A stretch of DNA of 64,000 nt from positions 1,309,063 through 1,373,062 of the forward strand of contig MU053557.1 in NCBI GenBank assembly GCA_013239625.1, in the 5' to 3' direction. A program made the translations under genes and the position numbers. This document shows, piece after piece, positions 1-12,703 of the stretch (positions within the stretch are counted from its first letter, which is position 1; each line of letters begins with the position of its first letter). Below the pieces are notes generated by a model that saw only the letters and a list, made by a program, of their open reading frames with translations, did not search any database and was not told the origin of the DNA. The DNA is from Lama guanicoe (Eukaryota).

Positions 1-309
1 AGTTTCCTTCATCACTGTCTTATAGTTCCCAGAGTATAGATCTTTCACATCCTTAGCTAAGTTTATTAATAGGTATTTTTTATGTGATTTTAAATGGAAT
101 TGTTTTTAATTTCTTATGGTGATCATTCATTCTTAGTGCATAGGAATACAACAGATTTCTGTTTGTTAATGCTGTATTCAGAAACCTTGTGAATTTATTT
201 AAGAGTTCAAGTAGTTTTTATGTGGAGACTTGAGGATATATGGAGTATCATGTCACCCACAAATAGAGGCAGTTTTAACACCTTCCTTTCAGTTTGGATA
301 CATTTTTAT

Positions 310-549
310 CTATTTTTCTTGTCTGACTATTGTGGCTTGGACTTCCAATACTATGTTAAATAGAAGCAGTGAGAGTGGGTATCCTCGTCTTGTTCCTGAA
401 CTCAGCATGAGGGCTTTCCGCTTTTTTCCAGTGCGTATTGTATTGGCTGTCAGTTTGTCATAAATGGACATTCTTATGTTGAGATATGTTTCCACTGGAC
501 TCATTTTGATGAGAGTTTTTATCATAAATGGATTTTGAATTTTGTGCAT
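310..549 (-). pseudogene. L1 ORF2 reverse transcriptase fragment
   Basis: [19 protein letters not shown] is a degenerate form of [19 protein letters not shown]. Confidence 0.92.
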
Positions 550-1654
550 CTATTGAGATGATCATGTGACTTTTATCCTTCTTTTTGTTAATGTGCTGTG
601 GTGTCTCATAGTGATTGATTTGTGTATGCTGAACAATCCTTGTGACACTGAAATAAATCCAACTTTGATCATGGTGTATGATCCTTTATATGTATTGTTA
701 GATATAGTTCCCTAACAATTTGTTGAAGATTTTGCATCTATATTCATCAAACATATTGTCATATACTTTTCTTTTCTTTCCTTTTTTTTTTTTTTGGTAG
801 TGTTTTTGTCTGCTTTTGGTATCAGGGTAAATGAGGCTTAGTCAAGTGAATTTGGGAGTATTCCTTCTGCTTCAATTTTCTGGAACAGTTTGAGAAGGAT
901 AGGTCACTAGTTCTTTTTAAAATGCTTGGTAGAAGTCCCCTGTGAAGCCATTCAGTCCTGAACTTTTGCTTGGTGGGAGCTCTTAATTACAAATTTAGTT
1001 TCACTGCTAGTGGTTAGTCTGTTCAGACTGTCTGTTTTTTCCTTATTCAGTTGGGAAGATTGTATGTTTCTAGAAATGTGTCCATTTCTTCTAAGTTGCC
1101 TACTTTTTGGCACATAACTGCTCACAGGATTCTCATTTTTTTTGTATCTCTTTGGTATCACTTGTTATTTCTCCTCTTTCATTTCCTATTTTGTTTATTT
1201 GCATCCTCTCACTTTTTATCTTGGTGAGCTTGGCTAAAGGTTTATCAGTTTTATCTTTTAAAGAAACCAGTTCTTGGTTTCATTGAGTTTTTCTGTTTTT
1301 TAAAATCTCTATTTTACTTATTTCCTCTCTGATCTTTGTTATTTCCTTCCTTCTGCTAACGTTGGGCATGGTTTGTTCTTCTTCTAATTCCTTTAGATGA
1401 TGGGTTAAGTTGTTTATTTGAGATTTTGGTTTCTTGAGGAAGGCCTGTATTGCTCTGCACTTCCCTCTTAGAACTGCTTTTGTAGTATTCCATAGATTTT
1501 GGAAAGTTGTGTTTCCATTTTGATTTGTCTTGGGGTATTTTCAGATTTTCTTTTTGATTTCATCATTGACCAACTGGTGTTTTGTAACATGTTGTTTAGC
1601 CTCTTCATGTTTGTGTTTTTTTTTCCCATTTTTCTTCCTGTAGTTGATTTCTAA

Positions 1655-2041
1655 TTATATACCTTTGTCAGAAAAAATGCTTGATATAATTTCTATTCTC
1701 TTAAATTTGTTGAGGCTTGTTTTGTGACCTAGTATGTGATCTGTCCTGGAGAATGTTACATGTGTACTTGAAAAGAGTGTATATTCTGCTGTTTTTGGAT
1801 GTAATATCCTATAGATATCAATTAAGTCCAACTGGTTTACTATGTTATTTAAGACCACTATTCTGAATGATCTGTCCGTTGCTATCAGTGGTCTGCTAAA
1901 GTCTCCTACTGTTACTGTATTATTGTCAACTTTTCCCTTTTTGTCTGTTAGCATTTGCTTGGTATATTTATGTGGTCCTGAATTGGGTATGTATATGTTA
2001 ATGAGTATGATAGCCTCTTCTTGTATTAATCCCGTTATCAT
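1655..2041 (-). pseudogene. L1 ORF2 apurinic-like endonuclease fragment
   Basis: NIY.PN, VGDF, DLIDIYR, YT.FS, FSR.DHILG motifs of L1 EN. Confidence 0.93.
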
Positions 2042-5000
2042 TACCTAATGCCCTTCATTGTCATTTGTTATAGCTTTTGTGTTAAAGACTATTATGTCTT
2101 ACATAAATATCTCTACCCCAGCTTTCCTGTCTTTTTTGTTTGCATGATATATATTTTTCCTTCCTTTCACTTTCAATCTTTGTGTGTTGTTAGCACTCAA
2201 GTCAGTGTCTTGCAGGCGGCATACTGAAGGGTCTCATTTTTTTATCCAGTCCGCTACCTTTTGTCATTTTGTCAAAGCGTTTAGTCCATTGACATTTAAA
2301 GTAATAATTGCTAGGTATGTACTTACTCTGATTCTGTTACTCGTTTGCCATTTGTTTTTGGAATTCTCTTCTGTTTACTTCTTGTTTCTCCCATTGTGTT
2401 TTGATGATTTTCTTTAGTAGTATGCTTGGGTTCCTTTCTTTCTGGTTTTTGTGTATCTGTTACAGGTTTTTGATTTGTGATTACCATGGGGTTATGCTGA
2501 CACATAATTATATTTACTTGATTTAAGCTGATAGTCATTTTAAGTTCAAATACATTCTAAATGATCTACTTTTTTACTCCCTCCTTGCACATTTTGTGTT
2601 TTTGATGTCACATTTTGCATCTTATTGCCTAGCTCTTTACTATTTATTATAATTATAATTACGTTTATATTTTTTGCCTTATAATCTATGTACTAGCTTA
2701 TTTAAGTACTTAAGTAATAAGGTTGATCCTCAGTCCTTATTATAAATTTGCCTTTTTAAGTGGGATTTTCTCCTTTTCTATGGATTCTTTTCTTTTTAGA
2801 GAAGACCCTGAAACATTTACTTTAGAGTAGGTTTAGTATTGATGAATTCTTTCAGTTCTTGCTTGTCTGAGAAGTTCCTTATCTTTCCTTCAATTTTAAA
2901 TAACAATTTTCTGGGTAGACTATTGTAGGTTGGGTTTTTTTTTTCCCCCTGTAAGCACTTTGAATAAATCATGTCACTCTGTTCTGGCATGCAAAGTTTC
3001 TATCGAGAAATCAGCTGATAGCCTTATGGGGATTCCCTTGCATATGACTCTTTCTTTATCATTTGCTGCCTTTAGAATTATTTTTGTATTTAACTTTTGC
3101 CATTTTAATTATGATATGTCATAGTGTAGGTCTTTCGGGGTTCATATTTTTGGGAGCCCTGTGTGCTTCCTCTACCTGGATATCTGTTTCTTTCTTTAGG
3201 TTTATAAAGTTTTCAGCCACAGTTTCTTCAAATACATTTTTAATACCCTTCTCTTTCTCTTCTCTTTCTGGAATCCCTGTAATGTGAAAGTTGGCACATT
3301 TAATGTTCTGTATATCTCATATGTTGCTTTTGCTTTTTTTTTTTTTCATTTGTGTATGTCTGCTATTGAGATGGGTGATTTCCATTATTCTGTCTCCAGA
3401 TGGCTTATGTATTTAGTCTGCATTTCATTCTTTGTAGTGTCTTTTTTTATGTCAGATAATTGAATTTTTTATTTTTGATTGGGTCTTTTTAAAAAATATT
3501 TTCTAGTTCCTTGTTAAAATATTTAGCTTCTAAATCAATTATTTTCCTAGTTCAGTTACCATTTTTATTACCAGGGTTTTGAATTTTTTATCTAGTAAAT
3601 TGTTTATTTCTGTTTCATTATTTATTTTTTCTGGGATTTTCTCTTGCTCTTTCAATTGAGAGTAGTCTCTTTGCCTTTCCACTGTACTAAACTTTCTCTA
3701 CCTCTGTGGATTTATATGCAAGAGTTACCTATTGCCATCTTGAAGGTGTGTTCTTATGAGGGAGCATCTTTATGCAGACAGCCTTTGGTGGGCAGGCTGG
3801 ATTTCATCAAGACAGCAGTCACATCCTTTCTCAGGTTGTGATGGCAGCTGTCGCCTTGGCAAGGGGTGGTGCTGGAGATAGCGAGGCTGGAGTTAGTATC
3901 GGGTATGAGGCAGGACTCAGTGCCTGTCATTGCCCTGTCAGGGTCAGGGTCCTGTTCCAAGTTACTGGAGCAGAATCCCTGAGGGTTAGACTCAAGCTGG
4001 CTCTGTTCCCTTTAAGTGTGTGTGTGTTCCCTCTCCCCACATCAGAACTTTGCCACAGAGGAGTAAAGTGATGAAGACATGGGCCTATGTGCGTGCAGAG
4101 GTCAGATGCGCTGCCTGTGGAGCATGCAGCCCACTGTGAAGTATTCTCCCTGATTCTGGCACCCAAGATCCAGTACTGCTCTGCGGCGTGGACTGAGTGC
4201 GGAGTATTCACTCAGCTTGGGCCAGGGTGTACGGCGAGCGGCCGTGGGGAGCCCTGCCTCAGGGGCAAGAGCCCTTTTGTTTCTCACCGCTAATCACTGT
4301 CTCCAGCCTCTGCTGACTTCCCGCCCTGTTGTGAAACTTCCACAGAGGAGGAGGGGCCTATGTGGTTTCTCTGCGAGTACTGGGGGATGAGCTGTGGCAG
4401 AGTGTCTGCTGTCAGAAATCTAGGCTGCTTCTGGGGTGCTGTGTGAGTAAGTACCAGCAATGGCCACCACTGCCTCACTCAGGCTCCACCCTGGGATCGG
4501 GTCACCTCTCCATCCCCAGTGAGTCTTTCCCCGGGACATGACTGCCCCAGATCCAGTGCCGTGCTGTGGTGTAGGGTGAGCGAGGTCAGAGCGTTCGCTC
4601 AGTTCATTCTGACATCCGGGGGAGGTGGTTGCAGGAAACCCCACAGACTCTAGGGCAGAGCTCTCTCCGCCCTGCCTCCAGGGTAAGCCAGTGCAAATGG
4701 GTTCCTCGTGAGTGGAATCCAGGCTTCTCAAGACTTTTATCTGTCTCAGGCATCCTCCAACCAGCTGAGGGGGCTTGTCTCCTCCACGTAGGACCCCAGG
4801 ACTAGGATGGCCAGTCTGTGGCTCAACCCACTCACTCCCCAAGTGCGTGGGCACAGCCTCCCTTTTCCTCTGAGTCCCCCTCCCATGGGCACAGGTCTTG
4901 ACTCAATGGATTTTCTTCCAGTCCTACCCAGTTGCGTGTGGATCTTTATTATAGCCTTAGTTGTTCAGAAGTTCTGCCAGTTTCCAGTTAGTTTTCAGTG

Positions 5001-5369
5001 AGAATTGTTCCTCATGTCGAGGTAGTTTTGACGTGTTTGTGGGGGGAAGTGAACTCTATGCCCTCTTACTCTGCCACCCTGATCTCCTCCCAGGTGACAA
5101 AATTTTCACTTAGATGAGTGAATTAACCAAACTGACGTCTGAGGACTAACGGAGCAAGCCTAGTGATTATCACACACCTGAGTGGGAGGCATTGTTGCCT
5201 CATTCACAATTGTAATGTTGCATTGCACTCAGCTGCCAACACAATGTAAGGGGATAAAAAACTTTTTAAGGAAAATGCTGAGTGATTTGGCTGATATTAA
5301 ATCCAGCGAGTGGAGAAAGAGGCAGCCAAGAACCCCTTCTGTGGCGGTGGTAGGAGGAAAAGCTGAGTA

Positions 5370-5558
5370 ACAGCTGAGACTCTTAAGTCCCTGAGGGCAT
5401 GGTCCGTTGTCCCACTGACATACAAAACGCAGATTCAAAGGCAGAATTCTTAAGAATTCCAAGACAGTGACTGAAAAGCCTTAAAACTCAAGCCCACAAC
5501 CCTTCTGAACTTGGGGCCCTGTGTGGCTGCGCAGACCTCCGCCCTGAAGCAGGCCCTG
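5370..5558 (-). mobile_element. MER45B-like hAT-type DNA transposon fragment
   Basis: Reverse complement starts CAGGGCCTGCTTCAGGGC...CACAGGGCCCCAAGTTCAGAAGGG...GTCTTGGAATTCTTAAGAATT, resembling the recalled MER45 terminus. Confidence 0.65.
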
Positions 5559-6149
5559 ATCCCCTGTTCCAATCCCTGTGCCGTCATTTCTGGCTTTCTG
5601 AGCCTGGACTACATATTACACTTTTAGACCTCAGTTTCCTCATATGTGACATTAGAATGGAGCCTGTTAGCAACCCAAGCCCTATACTCAGTAGGGGCCA
5701 CGTGAATTTAACAGTCAAAATGATCAAATGACAATGTTGGAGGAGGAGGTTGTCAGCCAGTTTTAAACTTCTAACACTCACTGGACTACACAGTACCTCA
5801 AGCCTTGTGAATGAATATTGAAAAAAAATCTTGTAATTATAAATAACACATCACCCGGGGCTTTAAAGGTGTTGCAGGTGTTCATTTTAAATATAAATAT
5901 TTAAAATATGCCAGAGTTCTGTAATTTTGTTTTGGGATTTCCCAACCTTCTCTTTTCCTCCCAAGAGAGTGGGAGAGGAGGGAATCCCATGTACCCTACC
6001 CACCTGGGGAACGTTCAAAGCTAGCATTAACTGAGCACCTACTATGTGTCAGTCACAGCATGTGCATCACTTTTCGTGTGTTTTCCCTCACCCATTCTCA
6101 CATGGCTGTTTCAAATATTGTGGTTCTATTCTGTCTTTGTCTCTAGCTT

Positions 6150-6296
6150 AGAGTTGCCACTCTTGCAGAATTACCAGCACAGTGTGAGATATATTTATAC
6201 TAAATATACACTTTATACTCATTCTAAGACAATTACTTGTTGTTTATCTGAAATTCAAATTTAATCGGGCATCCTGTATTTTATCTGGCAACCTTA
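6150..6296. mobile_element. MER53-like MITE (right arm preserved)
   Basis: GTTGTTTATCTGAAATTCAAATTTAATCGGGCATCCTGTATTTTATCTGGCAACC matches the recalled MER53 end. A GTTGCCA left terminus lies at about 6153. Confidence 0.75.
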
Positions 6297-7339
6297 CTCC
6301 AAGTATAGTGTCCACTGCACGTCTCAGACAAGAGTGGAGGCATTTTTCTTTCCAGTGATTCATCCTTTCCATAAGAGTTTGTTGCCCATTTATATAGAGA
6401 TATGTGGATATGTGCGCATGTGAGTATATACGTAAAGAGAACAAGAGGTATAAAGCATACTATCTCAGAATGTTTTATGTACCAGTCATACTGCATAAGA
6501 ATATCAGAATATTTTTCATTTTATTGAGATGGCTTCATTTTTTCCTCACATAGTTGGATAATTTCTACATCTAACGTCAATTGTGTCATCACAAATATCA
6601 CCAAAATTGCGAGGAAGAAAAGTAATTTTCTCTCTAGCTTCTGCTGCTGTCATTGTAAACTAAGGCAGTGTAACCAGCCGAGACACTCAGATTATCTTCA
6701 AGGCAGTTACAGCATGTGTTCTTGAAGTCGCTATGGAGAAACAATTGTGGGCAAAACACTAGGGAATAAATAAATGAAGCAAATTGTCCCTATCCCGGAA
6801 ATGGATGTTTGACCTCAAAGACCTTACCATCTAACAAAACTGCTATACGGAAAGGGCAATAGGACCACAGACCACCTCAAAGATGGAGCAAGGCCCAGGT
6901 CACCTCGCTCATTTAAGCAACCCTGGCATGTTAAAGGATGAAGAAACCCCAAACTAGAGTTTCAAAAATTATAATTCATTTTTAATGTTTACATTTAACA
7001 GTTTAACCCTGAAAATTAGAACTCAGGATCAGTGTAGTTTCTCCACTCAAAAATGCAGGGTTTATTTTTAAAACATTAATTCATATGTCGTTGTGGAATC
7101 TAGTTTCTATAATGTAGGAGATGCTCATCCAGACACAGTATCTGAAATTTTCCACTTGAATCCTGCTGTGAATATGTGAAATAGATTCTTTTTCTCTCTA
7201 AACACTTTAGTAAGTCCCATATTCCCATGAGACATGGGGAGTTTGATCCGTATCATCAGGGAGCTGGGGTAGAGGAGGAGTTTCAGCATGATAAAGTACA
7301 GAGATGGATAGACCCTATCCTAACAGAACTACAATTTTA

Positions 7340-9600
7340 TTGGTAAAACTTATTTTTAAAAATCACTTTAAGTCTTAGGAAAATGTGCTAAGGGCACACA
7401 GCACATGAAAAAAAATACCCTTGAGAATCTACTAAATCTCAGAACAATCATTCTGTGGCATTTGAGCTTTTCCTTTCTGGTCCCCAGGTGGTGTCTTGGA
7501 AACCCTACCCACCCATGTGCTCTATCTACTCCAGGCAGGTGAAGCCAAGGAGACCTGATCTCACTCTCCTTCTCATCCCAGTTTGAGGCTACAGTTAGAC
7601 CCTGAGAGGGGAAGGAAGGCTGTCACCCTCCCTGATCCCCACCCTGTGCTGTGTTGCAGAAGCTGTATTTCCAGAAGGCATGGCAGAGGTGATCAGGTCT
7701 GCTTTCCCCAGCCCAGCTCTCACTTGTGAGACAGAAACTCTATTCCAGTACATCAGACCAAGAATAATGGGTCCTGATGGTCCCTGCCCCAGCTTGCTTA
7801 CAGGGTAAATGTTCCATGACCATGATGGAAGGTGTAGGCTGAGACGTCCAGGGGCTGCCATCGCCCACAGGGTTCACCTCTAGGAAAAGTAAGGGTCATT
7901 CCAGGAAAGCAAGCCACTCTTCCCAGCCGTGGTGCAGGGGTACAGGGTTTCTTCCCCAAATTCCTACCCATTCTTCCCATTTCTACCTGAGAGGGCTGAC
8001 TTGACTTAGAGTGAAGTGTTGAGAACTCCAGGACTAAATGTGCCATCCAAAAACATGGCAGTCTTGGCAGAAAGGAATTAAGAGGAGAATGCTCACTCCA
8101 TGAAAGAAGCAAAACAGCAAAGCATCCAGAAGTTTAGCAGACAGTACCAGGGAAATAGAAAGCTAAGATGAGCTCTTGTGGGATCACAGCCCACTTCAGG
8201 GGTCAGGGAGGCTGTCCAGAAGTGCATGAGGCTGCACTCACACGAACACAAAGAGCAGGAAGTGGCCAGAATTGAAAGCTGCATGTAGAAGCCTCAGAAG
8301 TCTCTCTGTCAGCTTAGGTTTAAATCTCTGAGCAAACACTGAACAAGGACCTACTCTGAGTCAGGGGCACCTCCTAGAAAGCCAGGCTTAGAACTGAACT
8401 CGCACTCACCCCTGGGGGTCTGGAGGACTGTGTCCATGTCAAAGGCTGTGCCCTCTCAAGAAAGATCGGAGAGGGAGCCTTCAAACCACCAGGCCCTGGC
8501 TGAACATGGGACTACACAGTGCCAACTTCGTGAACTGTGCTAGCAGCCTCCAAGCCACACAGACCTCCAGTGGTAAAATGTGAAAATCTGTTTAAGGAAG
8601 CGTCACATGTTCGACTAGTAATTGGCTTAAGCCAACCCAGGAGTAACCCCCTAGGTACTTAGACTACAAGGAAACAAGGGAAAAATAGTCTGAGCATGGA
8701 CACATAAAGAAAGTGAAAAGAGAGTTCTCAGGATAGGAGAAAATATTTGCAAATTATATATCTCATTTGGGACTTGGATATCTTCTTGCAACTCATTAAT
8801 ATAAAGAAAAAAATTCCAATTCAAAAATAGGCAATGCATTAAATAGACATTTCTTCAAAAAATATATATACAATTGGCAGATAAGCACCTAAAAAGATGT
8901 TCAACATTATTAGTCATTAAGGGAATGCAAAGGAAAACTAATGAGACACCACTTTATACCCACTAGGATGACTGTAAAAAAACAAACAGATAAATGTCAG
9001 CAAAGATGAAGAAAAATCAGAACTCTCATACTTTGCCAGTGGGAATGTAAAATGCTGCAGTAACTTTGTGAAATAGTCTAGCAGTCCCTCAAAATATTAA
9101 AGATAAAATTATCATATGACCTGGCAGTTCTATCTCTATTATATACCCAAGAGAATTGGAAACATACTTTCAGTACATCCACAGAAAATCTTATATAAGA
9201 ATGCACATAGTAGCATTATTCAAAATAGCAAAAAGGTGGAAACAACCCAGATGTTCACCAAATAATAAATGAATAAGTAAAGTAGAATATTTGGCCAAAA
9301 AAAGGCATGCCAGAGTAGCCAATCACGAAGGACCATATATTGTTGATTCCGTTTATTATGAATGTCCGTGATAGGCAAATACCTTGTTTCTATGTTAGAC
9401 CTAAAGTATATTAGAACCAGGCAATGAGATTCAGGAATGACTGATAAAGTTTCTCCTTGAAGGGACAGATATGTTCTAGAAGTAGGTTGCGGAGACAGTT
9501 ACACAATCCTGTGAACTTAATAAAATCATTGAATCATATGCTTTAAACCATTTAATTGCATAGTGTGTGAATTATGCCTCAATAAAAGTTTTAAAAAATG
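7340..9600 (+). mobile_element. Old L1M (L1M4/L1MB-like) element: 5' region joined to ORF2 3' end and 3'UTR
   Basis: 8720-9600 is recognisable L1 ORF2 C-terminus/3'UTR ending CTCAATAAAAG plus an A-rich tail. 7340-8650 resembles an L1M4-type 5' end (weaker call). Confidence 0.7.
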
Positions 9601-9619
9601 TAAAATAAACTGCGGTTGT

Positions 9620-9955
9620 ATAGTAATGTCAAGGAAGTAATGATGTGCCGGAAAAAAAGCCAGACATTAAAAAAAAATACAGAATAACTCCTTTTATAGG
9701 AGAAAAGGCAAAAAAACAAAAGGCAAAGCTAAAGTATGTTGTTAAGTCAAGATAGTGGTTGCTCTAGTAGGTGAAATGCAGTGACAAAATGGAAGTGGGA
9801 AAGATGCTCTGGAAGGCTGAAAATATTCTTTTTCTTTTTTTTTTAAATCTAGATGCTGGTTACATAAGTCTATTCAATTTATGAAACTATCAGGAGACAC
9901 ATTTATGGTATATGTACGTGTGTTTGCACATTATACTTTAATAAATATTTTTAAA
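9620..9955 (+). mobile_element. L1ME-like 3' end fragment
   Basis: AAGTCAAGATAGTGGTT...TCTAGATGCTGGTTACATAAG...ATACTTTAATAAA pattern. Confidence 0.55.
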
Positions 9956-10059
9956 TTATAGTAATTGTAATAATTTTACTGGATAGAAGCCACGGGTTAC
10001 TTTTTCATGTTTCAGATTTCATAATTTTAACTGAAGAAATACTGGTCTGTGGCCCAGTC

Positions 10060-10540
10060 TGTTCCATTTCATTCACTGATGTTTTAAATTCTTACTTTTA
10101 TTAAACCACACGTATTGTTGGGTGCATGTGGAGTACAAGGTACCTGTTTAGGCCGTGGAGAAATAGCCATCAGCAAGTCTCAGCTGGCCTTGCACTCGTG
10201 GGATTTTCAGTCTATCAGGCTGGAAGACAATAACAATTAACTGCAAGTGTAATAAGGGTCACAAAGGAGAGGTGCCAGACATTATAGGAGTAGATAACAG
10301 AAGATCTCCCTGCATTTGGGAATTCCATGCAGACTTATTAGATAGAGTGATTTCCTGTGCCTTGAGGATCAGTAAGATTCCCAAATAGAGAAAAGTATTC
10401 TAAGCAGAGGGAAGAATTTGCATCAGGACCCTGAAACAGGAGAGATGTTGGTACCTTATAGAAAGAAGGTCACCTAAAGGCTGAGTAGGAGAGTAGCTGA
10501 AGATAGAACTGGAGAGGTAATCTGAAAAATAATTTCCAGA
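10060..10540 (-). mobile_element. L2 3' fragment
   Basis: CATTTCATTCA tail (reverse complement of TGAA repeats) followed by typical purine-rich antisense L2 body. Confidence 0.55.
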
Positions 10541-10879
10541 CATTTACAGGGAGTAATTTATTCTAGCAAAAAAGTCTCTTAAATTTACTTTCTGTCCTCA
10601 ATCTTGTTTTATTTCTAACAATATATTTTCCCTTACTCTAACCAGAATATTCTTCATAAGATAAAAACCTAATTACACAATGCCTCACTTAAATCTCTTA
10701 ATGGCTCCCTGTTGCTGGCCACTGGCTACACCGTATCCATCTGTCTTCTCACTTCCTCCCTCACTAGCTGCGTTCAACAACTGTCTATACATGCCTTCTA
10801 ATGCACTTTGCTCTCTCTTTCCTCTACACCTCTGCACCTGAAGTTCTGTCTGCTTGGAATGCTTCCCGCAAATCCCCCT

Positions 10880-11116
10880 GCTGGGTTTGGAAGATGGAGG
10901 AAGGGGATAAGCTAAGCAATTCAGATAGCCTCTAGAAGCCAGAAAAGGCAAGGTGATGCATTCTCCCCTGGAGCCTTCTAAATACGATGAAGCCCTATTG
11001 ACACCTTGATTTTATGATTTTTGACCTCTGAAATTATGAGATAATAAATGTGTCTTTTTAAATTAAGCCTGCAAATGTGTGATAATTTGTTATAGTAGCA
11101 ATAGGAAATGAATACA
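10880..11116 (+). mobile_element. MLT1 (MaLR) LTR, 3' half
   Basis: GCCTCTAGAAGCCAGAAAAGGCAAGG...TTCTCCCCTGGAGCCT...ACACCTTGATTTT...AATAAAT...AATTTGTTATAGTAGCAATAGGAAATGAATACA terminus. Confidence 0.85.
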
Positions 11117-12703
11117 GTATACTTTAGCTTTTCTCATATAATAGGCACTAATTGGAGAAGAGGACAAAAAGTCAATATGGATGAATGTAACTCTTATTTG
11201 TGACCTGGTATACTTAGTACTGGGTCCATTGAGATACATTTTTTTTCCCCTCTGGGCTCATTGGAAGAGGTATTTAAAACAAGAACTTGCATCAGGATAT
11301 CTTTCTGAAGCAAGACAGGAAACTGAAATAATTACCTGTTATTTAATATACAAACTTTTGGATGCAGGAATTCTTACTTCCCCTAGTGTAAGGAGTATGG
11401 GATGAATACTAAGTACTGCCTAGTTAATTCGGATCTCCACAAGTGCATCAAAGGCAGTAGGTAGTGGTAAGGATAGCATTGGGAGACGAGGAATCCATGT
11501 TTCTCATTTGGTTGTGCAAACAGTTTTAAGAGAAATCTGAATTAGGTTTATTATAAATCAAGAGGTGGATTGAAGCAAACAGTGTCATCACCAGAGTTTC
11601 TTATAAATTGTACTTGAGGTCAATGCATTTTTTTGTTTGTGCATTAATTGGATAGTTTCATGAGGTCAGTGGTCAACAGGATTACATTAATAGAAAAAAT
11701 AGGGACAATAAAATATCACTGCTAGATTTCTCCCACTCAGTAATGTTTTAAATCAGTTACTCATTTGGCAGTAACATTTGACCATTTGCAAAAAAGGAAA
11801 AAAATAAAAACTCTGATAATTCTGTTTGTTTCTAATTGTCTAATTCTGTTTGTTACAGTTGTCTAATTATACGGTCCCAGCATCAGTATATAGTATTTTT
11901 TTCTACAGTCACAATCTCCTCTTTTAGAGTCATATGTGTTTTTAAAGTCAACATGTAGTGTACCTGACTATTTAATAAAGTATATTAGAATTGGAATTCT
12001 TTAATAGCTGCTACAGTTTTCTTGCCATCAGCTGTTCACTGAATGCATCATTAAATCTCATGTTAAATTTCATTATTAAAACCACTAATAATGCTTTTTG
12101 TTAAAAATCAAAATGTGTTATACTCTGCCCAAAAGTGACCTAATATTGTTTCCAATAATAATTTTAGTTGGATTTTGGCTCTCTACTTTCTGTATTCCAT
12201 CATAGATTTTATTGGGTTTAATTACAAATCCATATGTATTTGTTAAGAAGTGCTGGTTTGATATTTTCCAGTGACAACTATATTTTATTAAAAGAAAAAA
12301 ATGGATTAGAATAAAAATTTCAGGAGGCTAACCTATTGTATAAGATGATTAATTGAACTCCAGATTTATATGCATTTTTGATGAATGATTTCCTATAGTA
12401 AAATGACTTGAACGGTATATCAGGGCACCATCATTCATTTTGGTAGATTTGCACAAAGTGCATATCACCATTATTATAGATCTGCTGTGAAGATGTAGAT
12501 TTCATTCTACCTTCATCCATTTTTAAGTCTGAGAAACTTTGTTCTATGAAGCTGGAGAAAGAGAAAAATTATCCTGAGACGATTAAGTCCTGAGATTAGC
12601 TTCACCTACTGTACAGGACGAAAAAAATTTTTGATCTATAATTCTCAAAAATCTTTTGCTCTTTCAGTATTAGATACTTGTTTAGATCTAGCTTAGTGAT
12701 GAC

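Larger units (their letters stand above)
1..5092 (-). mobile_element. LINE-1, 5' portion (5'UTR, ORF1, inter-ORF, ORF2 EN and RT), decayed, running off the left edge of the window
   Basis: Minus-strand frames give L1 ORF2 endonuclease (1655-2041: INIYIPN...VGDFSRPL...DLIDIYRILHPKTAEYTLFSSTHVTFSRTDHILGHKTSLNKFK) and RT (310-549: IYDKLTAN...[19 protein letters not shown]). ORF1-like sequence at about 2760-3700. GC-rich 5'UTR at about 3750-5092. Many stops and frameshifts. Confidence 0.95.

Noticed and set aside
3644..5001. Overlapping 60-144 aa ORFs on both strands
   Set aside because: They lie in a GC-rich L1 5'UTR where stops are rare; no recognisable domains. The same holds for 15400-17013 and 18400-19462.
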